The notes under the pieces are model-generated. The model saw nothing but the letters and a program-made list of their open reading frames with translations. It was not told where the DNA came from and did no database searches. From Octopus sinensis (Eukaryota), in assembly GCF_006345805.1 (NCBI RefSeq), contig NC_043007.1:39246001-39310000 (forward strand): a DNA stretch of 64,000 nt, in the 5' to 3' direction. A program made the position numbers and the translations under genes. Numbering within the stretch: position 1 is the stretch's first letter; each line of letters begins with the position of its first letter. Positions 26,232 through 39,803 of the stretch are shown one piece after another.

Positions 26232-27085
26232 CTATATTGTCAATCAGGTTACATGGGAAGGTACCACACCCAACAATTGGTGTAGCTGAACTATCATCAA
26301 CTGTTACATGGGCAAAAGTCATGCACTCGAGACAGGCAATTGCAGAAGCATCAAATTACTGGACCAGGTTCTGTAAGTTATTAGAAAGAGTCGTAACTGA
26401 ACAGATTAGGAAGAGAACCTAGATGAAATGTAGTTTGTATTTGCACTCAAAAGAATGACTACTGATGCTATCTCACTAGAGGGACAAGTAAAGGAGAAAT
26501 ACCTAGGTAAGACTAAGCCACCTTACTTAGTATTTGTTGAACTGAGGAAGACCTTTTATCAAAGTCCCATGCTCAGTAATTTGGTTGTCACCAAGAGAAG
26601 CTAGAAATTGCTGAATGAATTGTGTGAGCCATACACACTATGTCAGCAAGGTGAGAGAGTCAGTAGTGAGTTTAGTGACAAATTAATGATAATATCTAGG
26701 AATGGATCAATCAGTACTCAGTCCTCAACAACTTTCTTTTCAATACAGTCCTACAGGCCATGACGGTAGTTTAAGACCAGCTGTTCAAGTTCCAGGAGAG
26801 CTTCTGTTTGGTGAGGACCTAATCTTTGTAGTTGAATCTGTGGAAGATTTAGAGATGGAATTCCAATCTCAGAGGTGAAAACTGGGAATTGAGAAGCCTC
26901 AAACTAAACTGAGCAGAGACCTAAGTACAAAAGTAGACAATACTGTAGTCTCACCAAAGGAACATTTGTGCCTGATATCCAGAGTAGGTAGAAATTCAGT
27001 GAATTCTATTAATGCATGAAATGCTAGCTAAAGGGGAAGGTAGACTTCAATGTAGCAGATGCACAAGGGTAATAAGCATAAAGAG
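26232..27085 (+). pseudogene. Highly degenerate RTE-clade reverse transcriptase remnant
   Basis: Manual translation across frameshifts: IVNQV..EG..PNNWCS.TIINCY.GK..ALE; NCRSIKLLDQVL; ERVVTEQIRKR; TTDAI; EKYLGK.KP.YL.FV; ELLFGEDL (eroded YADD) at ~26798-26822. Confidence 0.75.
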
Positions 27086-27779
27086 CATATAGTAAATAGT
27101 ATCTTAAATAGCCAAAAGACTCCTTAGATGTAACTGATAGCTTTTTTGTTTTTTACCTAGGTGACCTAATTAGCAGTGGTGATGGTGGGGGTGAAAGTTC
27201 CACCAGTATAGTAGCCACAGGAAGAATGGGGTGGAAGAGATCAGGGAGCTGTTACCTTTGCTGGCAACAAAGGATTTCTCCCTATAGTGTGAAGGACTAA
27301 CTGTATGCTGCCTGTGTGTATGCAGTGGTATGTTACAAAATAACTAATATTTCATTGAATAAATGGATTTAGCAAATAACTCAATGAATGTGAGAAATGT
27401 GAACATACATCATACGGTTATTTGAATCCTGGGTATTGATATATCAAATATCAATGAATGAAACTGAATTAACACTCAATATAGGGTCATAGTAACAATG
27501 CAAACCTCAATGTATCATTCCTCAACACATTGTTCTTGTGTTTCTAGCAACAAATATCACATATAATATTAACATCAAACCATTGTCTCATTTAGGGTGT
27601 ACTTTCCATGTCTACATGGGTTCAGTACGTACATACATAGATACACAAACACACACACACATACATATATATACATACAGGGTGCCTCAGAATTAACTAG
27701 CTATTTCAATGAAATTTGGCAAATTAAGAAGAAAAAAAATTGACAGGTGGTGAAACATGATCTTTGAACTTTGGGCCTC

Positions 27780-28310
27780 ACGGAATCAATGACTGGTGAC
27801 TGAGACATTTAGTGATATGCTGTGCTTGAGAAAACCCATCAAGCCAAGTGAAATCATAGTCGTGGCTGATGCTGGTGTTGTGTAACGAGCACTCACGCCA
27901 GTAGCATGTTAAAAAGCACCTTCTGAGTGTTGGGTCTCGTGGAGGCAAGGTGGCCAATGCTGGTGGCATGTGAAAAGCACCCTTTGAGTGTTGGACCTCA
28001 TGGAGGCAATGATGAATGACTGGGACCTTTGGCATTATGCTGTGCTTGAGAAGACCCATCAAGCCAAGTAAAATTGTAGTTGTGGCAGATACTGGTGTCA
28101 CGCAAATGGCACCCATGCTGGAGGCACGTAAAAGCACCCATTATACTCTTGGAGTGGTTGGCATTAGGAAGGACATCCAGCCATAGAAACCATGCCAAAT
28201 CAGACTGGAGTCTAGTGCAGGCTTCCAGCTTGCCAGCCCTGGTCACACTGTCCAACCCATGCCAACATGGACAATGGATATTAAATGATGATGATGATGA
28301 TGACGACGAC
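27780..28310 (+). mobile_element. RTE 3' end fragment with an internal duplication
   Basis: ATGCTGTGCTTGAGAA.ACCCATCAAGCCAAGT occurs twice (~27817 and ~28036). Ends in (GAT)n at ~28285-28308. Confidence 0.7.
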
Positions 28311-28436
28311 AGAATTTCAAGTTCATTACTTAATTATGATACCAAAACAAATAAGTTTATAAATTTCATGTCAAAACTTTACTGAAAATTTTCAACATGT
28401 GCTCTGTTTCCCTAAAAATTTCAAATCTATCTTTAA

Positions 28437-28657
28437 CCCTTTAGTGTTCGCATTATTCTGCCAAAATTAATGCTTTTTCATCTACATTGATTTGAGCTAA
28501 TCATGCATTATCTTGTAGCTATGAGATTTTAATGAGGTAGCTGTTAATTTTTAAAACGATATTGTAGGGTTGGTGTGAGTGACCAGATCTGGCCAGTTTG
28601 AACATAAAACAGGCAGAATACTTTTGGCCGGATATGGCCGGTTTAAATGCTAAAGGG
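28437..28657. mobile_element. piggyBac-type MITE family 2
   Basis: TTAA|CCCTTTAG ... CTAAAGGG|TTAA, 221 bp. Homologous to 48492-48710. Confidence 0.8.
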
Positions 28658-30191
28658 TTAAATACATTTTGAAGCATTTCAGGAGTTATCTCCTGCACTT
28701 CTAATTGAATGTGTTCTCTAAGTTCAGCTAAACTATTGATCCACCCAGAGGAGAGAGGTAGAGAAAATAATTGCAGCCAAATTGAAAAAATACAAATAAA
28801 TAATAATAAAAAAAAAGCTATTGTGGACAGACAAGCAGGATTTGACAGGAGTGAAAATAAAATTATTATAAAAATTATAAAATTATAAACAAAATAAAAA
28901 ATTTATATACTTTTAACACAAATTAAACATGATAAACATAAATAAAAGTGAGTTTTTAAAAAAATTCTCTGATTTCATTGAAATAGTTAATTCTGGGACA
29001 CCCTGTATATATTATAAAATATATACATATCATCATCATTGTTTTAATGTCTACTTTTCCATGCTTGCCTGTGTCAGATAAAAATTCAATGAGGTATATT
29101 TTCAATGGCTGGATGCTGTTCCTGTCACCAACCCTCACCTGTTTTCATGGAAGACTGGAAACAAACGACATTGCTTGTATGACAATGACATTCACAACCA
29201 TTATGTGATGTCAGAAGAATACACATACGTGGTTTGTCCTTGGTGGTCAGCTGTCACAGAGGAGCAAAGAGTAAAGAAGGTGCACAAAATATTTCATATT
29301 TGATTTTTTTTTTTTGAACACATAAAGATGTAGAAATTTTCAGTTATTATATACACAAAATTTTTCTCTACCAAGTTCATTCACAAGGCTTTGGCTACTT
29401 CGAGTCTATAGTAGAAGAATCTTACCCAAGGTGCCACACAATGGGACTGAACACAAAACCACGTGGCTAGGAAGCAAACTACTTAACCGCACAGCTACAG
29501 CTGCACATTTTTTATTTTATATCTTTTACTTGTTTCAGTCACTAGATTGTGGCCTTGCTGGGGCACCACCTTGAAGAATTTCTAGTCAAAAGGGTACTTA
29601 TTTTACCAGTCTCTTTTGCTGAACCACTAAGTTACAGGTGACATAAGCACACCAACACCAGTTGTCAACCAGTGGTGGGGGACAACATACACACATTGGG
29701 CTTCTTTCAGTTTCTGTCTACCAAATCCACTTACAAGGCTTTGGTCAGCCTGAGGCTATTATAGAAGACACTTGCTCAAGGTGCCATGTAGTGGGACTGA
29801 ACCCAGGACTCTGTGGTTGGGAAGCAAACTTCTTAACCACACAGCCACACCTGCACACATACATTTATGTATTTAGAGATCGATCATGAGAGAGAGAGAG
29901 AGAGAGATAATCTAATAGAACCAATTGATGATAGTATAGAGACAGAGATAGACTAAACTTTTTAGTTGTGGACAATTAACAAAGAAGAAAAAGAACAACA
30001 ACAATATAGAAACTATTTCTATTAGAAATTGGTAAAAGGCACCTTAGAAAAATCTTCAAACCACTAGCACCGATAGCCCTCCCACCCACCTCACTTCACC
30101 CCACACATGTCCATATTTAACTGCCCCAAACTACACCGGAAACATCCACATACCGATGACTGCCTTTCATGCAGATTTTTGTTTTGTCTGT

Positions 30192-30205
30192 GTAACCATG
30201 GCAAC
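30192..30205. promoter_or_regulatory. Candidate RFX X-box
   Basis: GTAACCATGGCAAC, matching the same consensus; lies in unique sequence. Function untested. Confidence 0.5.
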
Positions 30206-30703
30206 AATCAAATAAGATTTTCTTTGTTGCTGATGCTGATTTCTTCTTCAAGAGAAGGAGAGAAGAGAGATGGTGGTGGTAGTGGGACGGAAAAGAAGCA
30301 AATTCTCAACAGAAACAAAGACAGACCTCTTCTCAAAAATGGTATAAAAAGACAAAAAAAAAACAGACAAAAACCCGCCAAAAACAACTATATCAAGAGT
30401 GTGTCTACAATACTTTTATTGGTAAATGTGTGTGTGTGTGTGTACATATATAATATATATATATATATATAATATATATACACACACACACACAGATGCA
30501 TATACACACGTGTATGTATATATATATATATATAATATACACACACACACACATATATATATATACACACTCACAACACATATACGACACATACCTACAT
30601 ACATAAACACACATTTATACATACACATACACACACACATATAACAACATATATACCTACATACATACATACATAACACTCACTGTTTTCTTTCAGCTGA
30701 AGT

Positions 30704-30745
<42 letters not shown>

Positions 30746-32540
30746 CTCTTCCACCAGATTCGCCCAATTTCTCAATTTCCTTCCTCTTCTTTTTCAGCCC
30801 AAATCTCTCTACCTTCACTTACCTGCTACTATCCCCTGACCCTCTGTCTTCCTCACAAAATATTTCTACCTTCCACCTGCTTCCTTCCCTCATTCTCATC
30901 TAGGTTTGTTCCTTTCCTCCTCTTTCACAGTGACTGAATTTTTGTTTCCATCTCTCTTGGTTGTTTAAGGCTGCAAGGTTCTCCATTATTTTCCTTTATG
31001 CATTTATTTAATATTCAACACAAAAGACAAGTTCTTCATTATCCCCTTGCACTCACTCCCATCACTACGTTCTTATTATCCCCTCAAATACTTTCACTCA
31101 GCTCTGTATATCATACAGAGGAGTAGGGCAGCTATATAATCTCCTCTATGACAAGACACCTGTCATTGTCCTTCTGTCCCACCTGAGCCTTTTAGCATCT
31201 GGTATAAAGTAAACTGCTTTCTCCCCTTTCCACTCTATATTCTTCTAAGTCTTGCAAATTACTTGGCAACCTCATTCTCTCTAAAGTTCCTAAATTCTTA
31301 ATGTGCAGGCATGTGTGTGGTAAGATGCTTGCTTTCCAACCACATGGTTCCAGGTTCAGTCCCACTACATGCACCTTCAGCAAGTGCCTTCTACTGTAGT
31401 CCAACCAAAGACTTGTGAGTACATTTACTAGAAGGACACTGAAAGAAGCCCATCATATATATATATGCATATGTCTCTGTGTTTGTCCCTCACCGTCACT
31501 TGACAACCAGTGTTGGTGCGTTTCACCCCAGTAACTTTGCAGTTCAGCAGAAGAGACAGATACAATAAATACAAGGCTTCAAAAAAATAAGACCTAGGGT
31601 TGATTTGTTCAACGAAAAATCTGCAAGATGGTGTCCCAGCATGACTGCAGTCAAATGACTGGAACAAGCATTAGATATCCTTCTCATTATCATTTTACAT
31701 TTTCTTTCCATCCCAGATTATGAATGGTCTCACAACCAGTGCAGTTATTTTTGTCCTAGATGACTGACATAATTAAGTTTGGCACAACAACATTTGGTTG
31801 GATCACCTTCTGATCATTAACCATTTTATAAACTCTATGTACAGAGTGCATTTAACACTGGCACTAACACGAGGGGGCTATCCTCTTCTAACCAAGACAA
31901 AACTAAGGATCCTCTCAACCCTACATTGTGAGCATTACATACCACTTTACAGAACATGGGTGCAGTCTAATGTGGATTCCTAGCAATAGTAATGTTACCC
32001 TGTGCCCACTGAAACAAAATAGGATCCTTAACAAGCTACATTGTTTCTATCCATGTGAGGCAATATAATTAATAGACTGGGTGGAAGAAAGGCCAATTTA
32101 AAATTTTTTTTTTTTCATCTAGTTTCAGCTCACAAGCTGTGGCCATGCTGGGGCCAATTGCAGAAAAAAAACTGGGATGAATTGGAGAAAGAACCTAGTA
32201 TAACAAGGGAAATGGAAGTGAGTATGTGATGTCTCAATCTCCCCTTACACAGGTAAATCACATATATTATAAACATTCATTGTCTACAGCGTGGCGTTGT
32301 TCTCCAATGGGGTAAAATAATTGTGCTCAGATATTCAAATTTGTATCTGCCAGAATGTATAAACAATTGATACATTGTCGTTTGGATTCTCACTGCTCTG
32401 TGTGCACTCAATAAATTATTGGTTTTCACCTGGGGTCCATATAATATTTTGTTGTTAAAACTTATGTGCAATGAATTGGTTACACTTTTACAGCACCCCA
32501 AATATTTTAACAATTTTTCTTTATGCAATTCCTAATAATA

Positions 32541-33053
32541 TCTATATATATAAAACTGTAGTTGTGTGAGTGTCTGTCCCCTTCGATTTAGATTCCTAAC
32601 TACTCCCACATTTTGTGGTGCAGTTTAACCAAAACCGGGTATCTTATAGTCGTGATTCATATCGAGCCTGTCTGCATATTAGCGCGCGTCTACGATGAGT
32701 CTACGATTTTAAAAATAATTTAACATCATTTTTTATTCCATTTTAATGCATATTTTTTCGTGTGTCGATGGCGGCGGAGTTGGCGTCCATGGTCACACCT
32801 GCACCTGTGTTGCTTTTCCCCCTTCTTCCCTCCCTCGTGAAGCCGTGGGGAAGGGAGTGTAAGGAAATCAACGTCGTAAAGCGTTGTCAAGGAGACCAGC
32901 GTTCTTTAGAACAACGACTTCATGGCTTGAAGACACCAAAACAGAAATGGCTAAGAAAGCCCGAATTGGCATCTATAAGGGAAATAACTCTCTAAAAATG
33001 CTTATATAGTTATTTCCCTTACAAACCCGAGCAACGCCGGGCGATACTGCTAG
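32541..33053 (+). mobile_element. Non-autonomous Helitron-like element A
   Basis: 5' A|TCTATATATATAAAACTGTAGTTGT; 3' hairpin CCCGAGCAACGCCGGG followed by CGATACTGCTAG. No TIR or TSD. The base after CTAG is A, not the canonical T. Confidence 0.75.
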
Positions 33054-34189
33054 ATTAATTATAAAAATATAATTAAAAATATAATAGGATTTCTTTAAAC
33101 ATGGAATGGTTTAACCATAACCCATCAAGCCAAGTGAAACTGTAGTTGTGGCCAGTACTGGTGTTACATAACAGGCACATAAAAGGCACCCATCAAACAT
33201 TAGGCCTTATGGAGATGATAAGAGACGAAGACCTTTAGCGATATGTCATGCTTGGGAAGACTTGTCAAGCCAAGTGAAATCATAGTTATGGTTGATGCCG
33301 GTGGCATGTAAAAAGCACCCACTACATTCTTGGAGTGGCTGGCATTAGGAAGGGTATCCAGCCGTAGAAACCATGCCGAATCAGACCAGAACCTGGTGCA
33401 GCTCTCTGGCTTACTAGTTCCAGTCAAACCATCTAACCCATGCCAGCATGGAAAGTAGACTCTAAATAATGATGATATGAGGGTCCACCCAAGTAAAATG
33501 AGAAACAAAGAAGTTCATAGATAAAAAATGGTTGAGAACCACTGCCATAAATTCATCATCATCATCATCGCTTAGTGTCCACTTTCCATGCTAGCATGGG
33601 TTGGACGGTTCAACTGGAGTCTGGGAAGCCAGAAGGCTGCACCAGGCCCAGTCTGATCTGGCAATGTCTCTACAGCTAGATGCCCTTCCTAACGCCAACC
33701 ACTCCGTGAGTGTAGTGGGTGCTTTTTACGTGCCACCAGCACAGGTGCCAGGCAGGGCTGGCAACGGCCACGATCGGATGGTGCTTTTTACGTGCCACTG
33801 GCACGGAGGCCAGTCGGGGCGGCGCTGGCAATTATCATATATATATATATGGTGGACTCTCCTTTTGTAAATAACAAGAGAGGGTCATATAACTTCTTGC
33901 TGAACAACCTGCTCAGATGATTTTTTGATTTTTTTTTACAATGATCAAATGTATGTGCTGTACATTGGCTTACTTTCTCCATCAAATCAAATCCACCTGT
34001 ACAGGTGCATGGTGTGTGCCAAACGTCAGATGTCACGGTAATTGCAGGGCAACATGAAATGAAGAGTTTTGCTCAAGAACATGATGCACTGCTCGGTTTG
34101 AAAATTGAAACCATGATCTTGAAATCACGAGTGCAACATGCCAACCACAAAACCATGCATCTACAGACACACACACAGATACATATATG

Positions 34190-34206
34190 TACACACACAA
34201 ACACCA

Positions 34207-34238
<32 letters not shown>

Positions 34239-34296
34239 CATACATATATACATACATATATATATAATACATATATATATATATATATATATAGAT

Positions 34297-34330
<34 letters not shown>

Positions 34331-34635
34331 ATACATATACATATATATACATACATACATATATATATACAACATACATATATATATACATATACATATA
34401 TACATATATATACATACATATATACATATATACATATATATATATACATACATATATACATATATATACATATATATATATACATACATATATACATACA
34501 TATATACATACATACATATATATATATACATACATATATATATACATACATATATATATATACATACATATATATATACATACATACATATATACATATA
34601 TACATATATACATACATACATATATACATACAAAC

Positions 34636-34667
<32 letters not shown>

Positions 34668-34685
34668 GCACACACACATACAATA
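34190..34685. repeat. (TA)/(TACA)n microsatellite
   Basis: Direct inspection. Confidence 0.95.
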
Positions 34686-35062
34686 TAAGTTACACTGATG
34701 TATGTATAACGAAATTTTTAATACTCTTGACCTCCTTTCTAATTTTCAGTTCTTGTATATCCTTTCTTCAGCTATATACACACACACAAACGAGTATATA
34801 CATTTTTCATGCTTGTTTTTACTTATATTGGGAAGAAGTCAGCGATGAGGGAATATCATTAATTTTTCGTTATGGTTTTACATTATTTTTTTTAAAAATG
34901 TTTATTGGTTTCATTTCATTATTATTATTGTAATCCCCCCCTCCCCCCTTTTTCTTTTTACAAATAATTGTTGGGTTTATTTTTAAATTTAGTATTCTCT
35001 TCTTCACTGCTTTGAAATACACACACACACATATATATATACACACATACACACATATATAC

Positions 35063-35110
<48 letters not shown>

Positions 35111-35449
35111 CTCTCTCTCTCTCTCTCTCTATTTTTTTATATATATATATATATATATATACATACACATATACCTCTATATATATATATATAAATACAC
35201 ACCCATATATATATACATGCATATATAAATATCAATACTATATATCTATGTGTCTGTATGCAACTAATCAAGTAATATGTGTATACATGTCTTAACTTCA
35301 ACCAATCTATATATCCTTTTAATCTGGCATTATATAAACCTCATCAATCAATCTATCTAACTAAACATTCTATCTATATCAACAATAATTTAACAATTCT
35401 CAAATGCAATATATACATATATATGTATATGTGCCTGCATGTGTATGTG

Positions 35450-35502
<53 letters not shown>

Positions 35503-36141
35503 AGTTGTTTCATCCATCCAAATCAAGAAAAAGAAAACACAAAAAAGAAGCGGAAACAAAACCCCCATGGATATAATTTCTTAAGTTCTTTTCCTCAAGA
35601 TAACTCAACTATATCACCAGTGCTCCTGTTGATTTCACCACCATCACTGCCACCACCACCACACTACTGCTCTGACACCCTACCGACCACCCCGCCTAAG
35701 AACCTCAAAACTTAACATCTAATCAACAAATCAATATTGCATTCATTATTTTATTATCACTACCACCACCACCATCACCACCACCACCACCATCATCACC
35801 ATCACCATCATCATCACAATTATTAACTTTGTTGATGCTAATATCTTCATTGTTATTATATCCATTATTATTATTATTATTACTATTATTATTATTAATG
35901 TTATTAATAATCAATAAATAACATTTTCTTTTATTCCAGAAGTGCAAAGAAACAAACAAGAATTAACAAATAAATAAGAAACATAAATACACACACACAC
36001 ACACACACACACACAAATGCACATATACAAATATATTTGTAATACACAACAACCGCTTTTATGATCCCATGTACACTGAAAAGTGTGTGTGTGTGTGTAT
36101 ATATATATATACACACATACATACATACATGATATATAGAG

Positions 36142-36193
<52 letters not shown>

Positions 36194-36674
36194 GTGTATG
36201 TCTGTGCATGTGTGTGTATGTATATATATATACACATACATATTTAACACACTAATGATTACAAACATACACACATCATACATAGTTGTATTCATATATC
36301 TTTACGAGAGAGAGGGAGAGGGAGGGGGGAATGAAAACAAACAGAAAGAAACCAAAGCCATCCCAAAAGAAGAAAAACCTCAGAAGCCAGAGTTCTTGTG
36401 TGGAAAGGACTAGCTTTTCTTTCTGTCCACTGCCAGACTCTGGCATAGCAACAACTTTTTACCAAAAATGGTTGCAGATTCAAATCTACATTAAATTAAT
36501 GGAATCAAAGGTTTTATTTATTTTCTCTTGTCTACTTTTATTGCTATTATTATTATTATTAATTATTATTATTATTATTATCATTATCATCATCATCATT
36601 ATTATTAATATTATCATCATTATCATTAGCATCCTTACTTTTATCACCATCATCACTATTAAATTTATTATTAC

Positions 36675-36709
<35 letters not shown>

Positions 36710-37237
36710 GAAGAGGAATGTGGAAGAAGATGGGTGCATTGGTGAGTAGATGCTTAGAATAAAAGTTTCAACCATTCTTAAGCAAAGTGGATGGCAAGGC
36801 AAAATCAAACACCCACACATACATACATACTTTCTAATACACTTATAAAATTACACAAATACATACAGAGTTACATATATGCATAAAGACACAGAGAAAG
36901 ACACACCAATACGCAGATACATACACTACACAAAACATCCATCACCCACATACATAATTAGAACTAACACAAAGAACAAACAAAATATACATATACTGAT
37001 ATCAACATACACACGCACAAACGCATCCCAAATATTCAAACACACAAACACAGAATATATAAACACAAACTACCAACATAAACTCACACACACACTCTCA
37101 AACTGAAGATAGATATTGATCATGTGGAGAGACATCTGTTCTTATTCCTTTACAGTTAGAGTTCAAATCCAGCAATGGTTGATGCTTTCGCTTTCCAAAT
37201 TAGGGGGTGGGGTGGGGACTCCAATACATTTAATACC

Positions 37238-37470
37238 TATTTCTTTACTACCCACAAGGGGCTACACGCAGAGCGGACAAACAAGGGCAGACATACGGAT
37301 TAAGTTGATTATATCGATCCCAGTGCATAACTGGTACTTATTTAATCGACCCCAAAAGGATGAAAGGCAAAGTCAACCTCAGCGGAATTTGAACTCAGAA
37401 CATAGGGGCAGACGAAATACCACTAAGCATTTCGCGCTGCGTGCTAACGTTTCTACCAGCTCGCCGCCTT
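37238..37470 (-). mobile_element. SINE family A
   Basis: Reverse complement of the 11061 copy; 15-bp TSD AATACATTTAATACC (37223-37237 and 37471-37485). Confidence 0.9.
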
Positions 37471-37770
37471 AATACATTTAATACCAGTAACATACTGAAG
37501 TTGATTCAGTAGAATATATATATACATAACACACCTCCACAGCAAAAGGTAAAGGTGGGAGGTGTCTTACAGGACTGGGCAAAATTGGAACCACCAAACA
37601 TTTTGGCAATATTATCAAACAATTACCTCATTCATTACATTGCATCTTACCCTGTGTGTGTGCAAGCATGTAGCATGTGTGTGCACACACTTTATCCTTT
37701 ATACACAAATTAAGTTGGAAATAAAGCCTTGTTGCATTTTTGACATTTATTTTAAATTTTTTTATTTCAA

Positions 37771-38235
37771 CTAGTTTCAGCTCACGAGCTGTGGCCATGC
37801 TGGGGCACTGCCATTTGGTGTTGCTACATGATTTTACTTCACGAATGCTTTTTAGCAATTGACATTTGGTGCATGAGAGAGTTTGATGCAGCTGCCCTCA
37901 TCTGCACCTCCGGCCGTGAAGTTGGTTCATCTGGGACACCTGACAGGAAGAGGTCCAGCTTTATTTTGAAGACACCTACATCCACCCCATGCAGGTTTCT
38001 CAGGTCCTTCGGGAAGATAGTGAAGAGCTGTGGACCTCTAAAGCCCAGGCTATTGCAGTATCTTGTCATACATCTTGATGGCAAATTTGAAGTCCTTGGC
38101 ACTATGCAGTGGCACCCAGTTCTAGTATTTGTGTAACTCTCGATGCCAAAGTTTGGGACAAGTCCTTCCAGGATCATCCAGATGTATATTATGGCATATC
38201 TTTCCCGCCTACGCTCTAAGGATAATTTTCCAATT
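37771..38235 (-). mobile_element. 5'-truncated CR1/L2-group LINE inserted in the mariner
   Basis: ORF 37839..38255(-): KLSLERRRERYAIIYIW..LEGLVPN...GPQLF.I.PKDLRN...FK.KLD.FL..VPDEP...SNSL. 3' end GGCAGTGCCCCAGCATGGCCACAGCTCGTGAGCTGAAACTAG. Confidence 0.8.
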
Positions 38236-38353
38236 CCAACAGTAAAATTAAGCATTAATTTTACATTCTAACAGTATTTTTCCTTTTCTTCCTTTCTTTG
38301 TAGATTACTTCATACCACAGTGGTTAACTTCATATAAATTTTACCCTTAAAAA

Positions 38354-39803
38354 ATGAGCTTAGAAGAGACCCATATCAGATATTGCATACATACTATGTG
38401 AATTTAAAAGAGGATCTTCAGCAATGGAAGTGGCATGAAGCAGTCATTCCACCAAAGGAAATGAAGCTTTAGGTATCGAGAAATGTCGATAATGGTTTGG
38501 CCAGTTTTGCTCAGGAAAGTTTTCTTACAAAGACTCCTCTTGACCTGGTCAACCAACTACTATAGATATTGAGCATTGTCTGAAAACTGTAGTTGAGGAA
38601 AATCCAAAATAAACTGCATAAGAATTAGCAGAACAGGTGAATTCTAGTCATACTTCAATTATAAAATGTGTTCGTGAACTAAGAAAAAAATGTCTAAAAT
38701 TGGTCAGTAGGTTTCTCATCATCTGACTACTTCTTGCTTTAATCAAAGAGTTGCTTTCTGCTTGTCATTTGAAAGTAGACTTGCTGCCAAAGCCCTCCTG
38801 GGTAGAATCATTATAAGTGATGAAAAGTGAGTTCTCTATAATCATATCCAATGAAAACGACGATAGGATAAAGATCTTTTGTGGGTCATATAGATTCATA
38901 GGGCTGTTTTCCCAGTTTCCATGTCATATATATTCCCCCATCTCTGGACAGGGTTCCCAGTCCATTGCAGGATTATTCATTTTTACCAGCTGAGTGGACC
39001 TGGAGCAACATCAAATGAAGTAAAGTAAGGTAAAGTTACCTTCTGGAGTCATGCTGACTCATAAGGGCTGGTTTCCCGGTTTCATGATATATAAATTCCT
39101 CCCCTGGATGGGATGCCAGTCCATCACAGGATTACTCATTTTTACCAGCTGAAAAGATTGGAGCAATGTGAAATGAAGTGTTTTGCTCAAGAACACAAAG
39201 CAACACCCAATCCAGGAGTCGAAACCACATTCTTACAACACTGAGTCTAACACCCTAACCACTAAGCCATGCACCTCCACTAAAAATGTCAATGGTTAGC
39301 ACTCAACAGAAAAGGCAGGTCCATCACCAAACCAGGACTGCTCACTGTTTGGTGTGATACGAAGGATGTCATCAATCATAAGATGTTAAACCAAAACATA
39401 ATGGTTTATGCAGAGAAGTATTTTTGCTAGTTGGAAGCATTGCACAAAAATTTGCAGAAAATGCATCCATCATAGGTCAGTCTTAAAGGGATGTTGCTCT
39501 TACACAATAACACAAGACCACATGTTGCTTAAGTCATTGAGGAAAAGATTATGGCACTAAATATAGAAGTTTTGTTTCATCCTCCTTACTCTCTTGATCG
39601 CACTCCATCTAACCATCATCTTTGCAGATCATAGCAACATTACTTAGAAGGGGAAATAATCCATGAATTGTGAAGATGTTAAAAATGATATCAAGCATTC
39701 CTTAGCTTTAAAAGCAGAAAACTTTTGTGCTCAAGGAATCAAGGATTTGCCAAATAGATGGTATAATGTTATCAATCACAAGGGGAAGTGTTATCTTAAT
39801 TAA
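38354..39803 (+). pseudogene. Mariner transposase pseudogene, split by SINEs at ~38872-39281
   Basis: Degenerate mariner motifs: HIRYCI..EFKRG; KIGQ*VSHHL (WVPHEL-like); RIIISDEK*VLYN (TGDEKW-like); LLLHNNTRPHVA; HPPYSLDRTPSNHHL (HPPYSPDLAPSDYHL-like); GIKDLPNRW. Confidence 0.85.
38872..39281 (-). mobile_element. SINE family D (V-SINE-like central motif): one full and one partial copy inside the mariner ORF
   Basis: Reverse strand: GGAGGTGCATGGCTTAGTGGTTAGGGTG...GGTTTCGACTCC...TTCTTGAGCAAAACAC...TGTGATGGACTGGCATCCCATCCAGGG. Partial copy also at ~34020-34160. Confidence 0.7.

Larger units (their letters stand above)
27678..29005. mobile_element. Tc1/mariner-type non-autonomous element with nested insertions
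   Basis: ~35-bp TIRs CAGGGTGCCTCAGAATTAACTAGCTATTTCAATGAAAT and (reverse complement) CAGGGTGTCCCAGAATTAACTATTTCAATGAAAT, TA at both ends. Contains an RTE tail (27780-28310) and a piggyBac MITE (28437-28657). Confidence 0.75.

Noticed and set aside
32180-33545. Possible hAT remnant around Helitron A (GGTTGAGAACCACTG end at ~33530-33544)
   Set aside because: Only one terminus-like motif, with no matching end, TSD or convincing transposase motif.
36360-36480. Possible minus-strand exon (ORF 36292..36483)
   Set aside because: Weak acceptor, no canonical donor and no recognisable protein similarity; kept only as unique sequence containing an RFX-like half-site.
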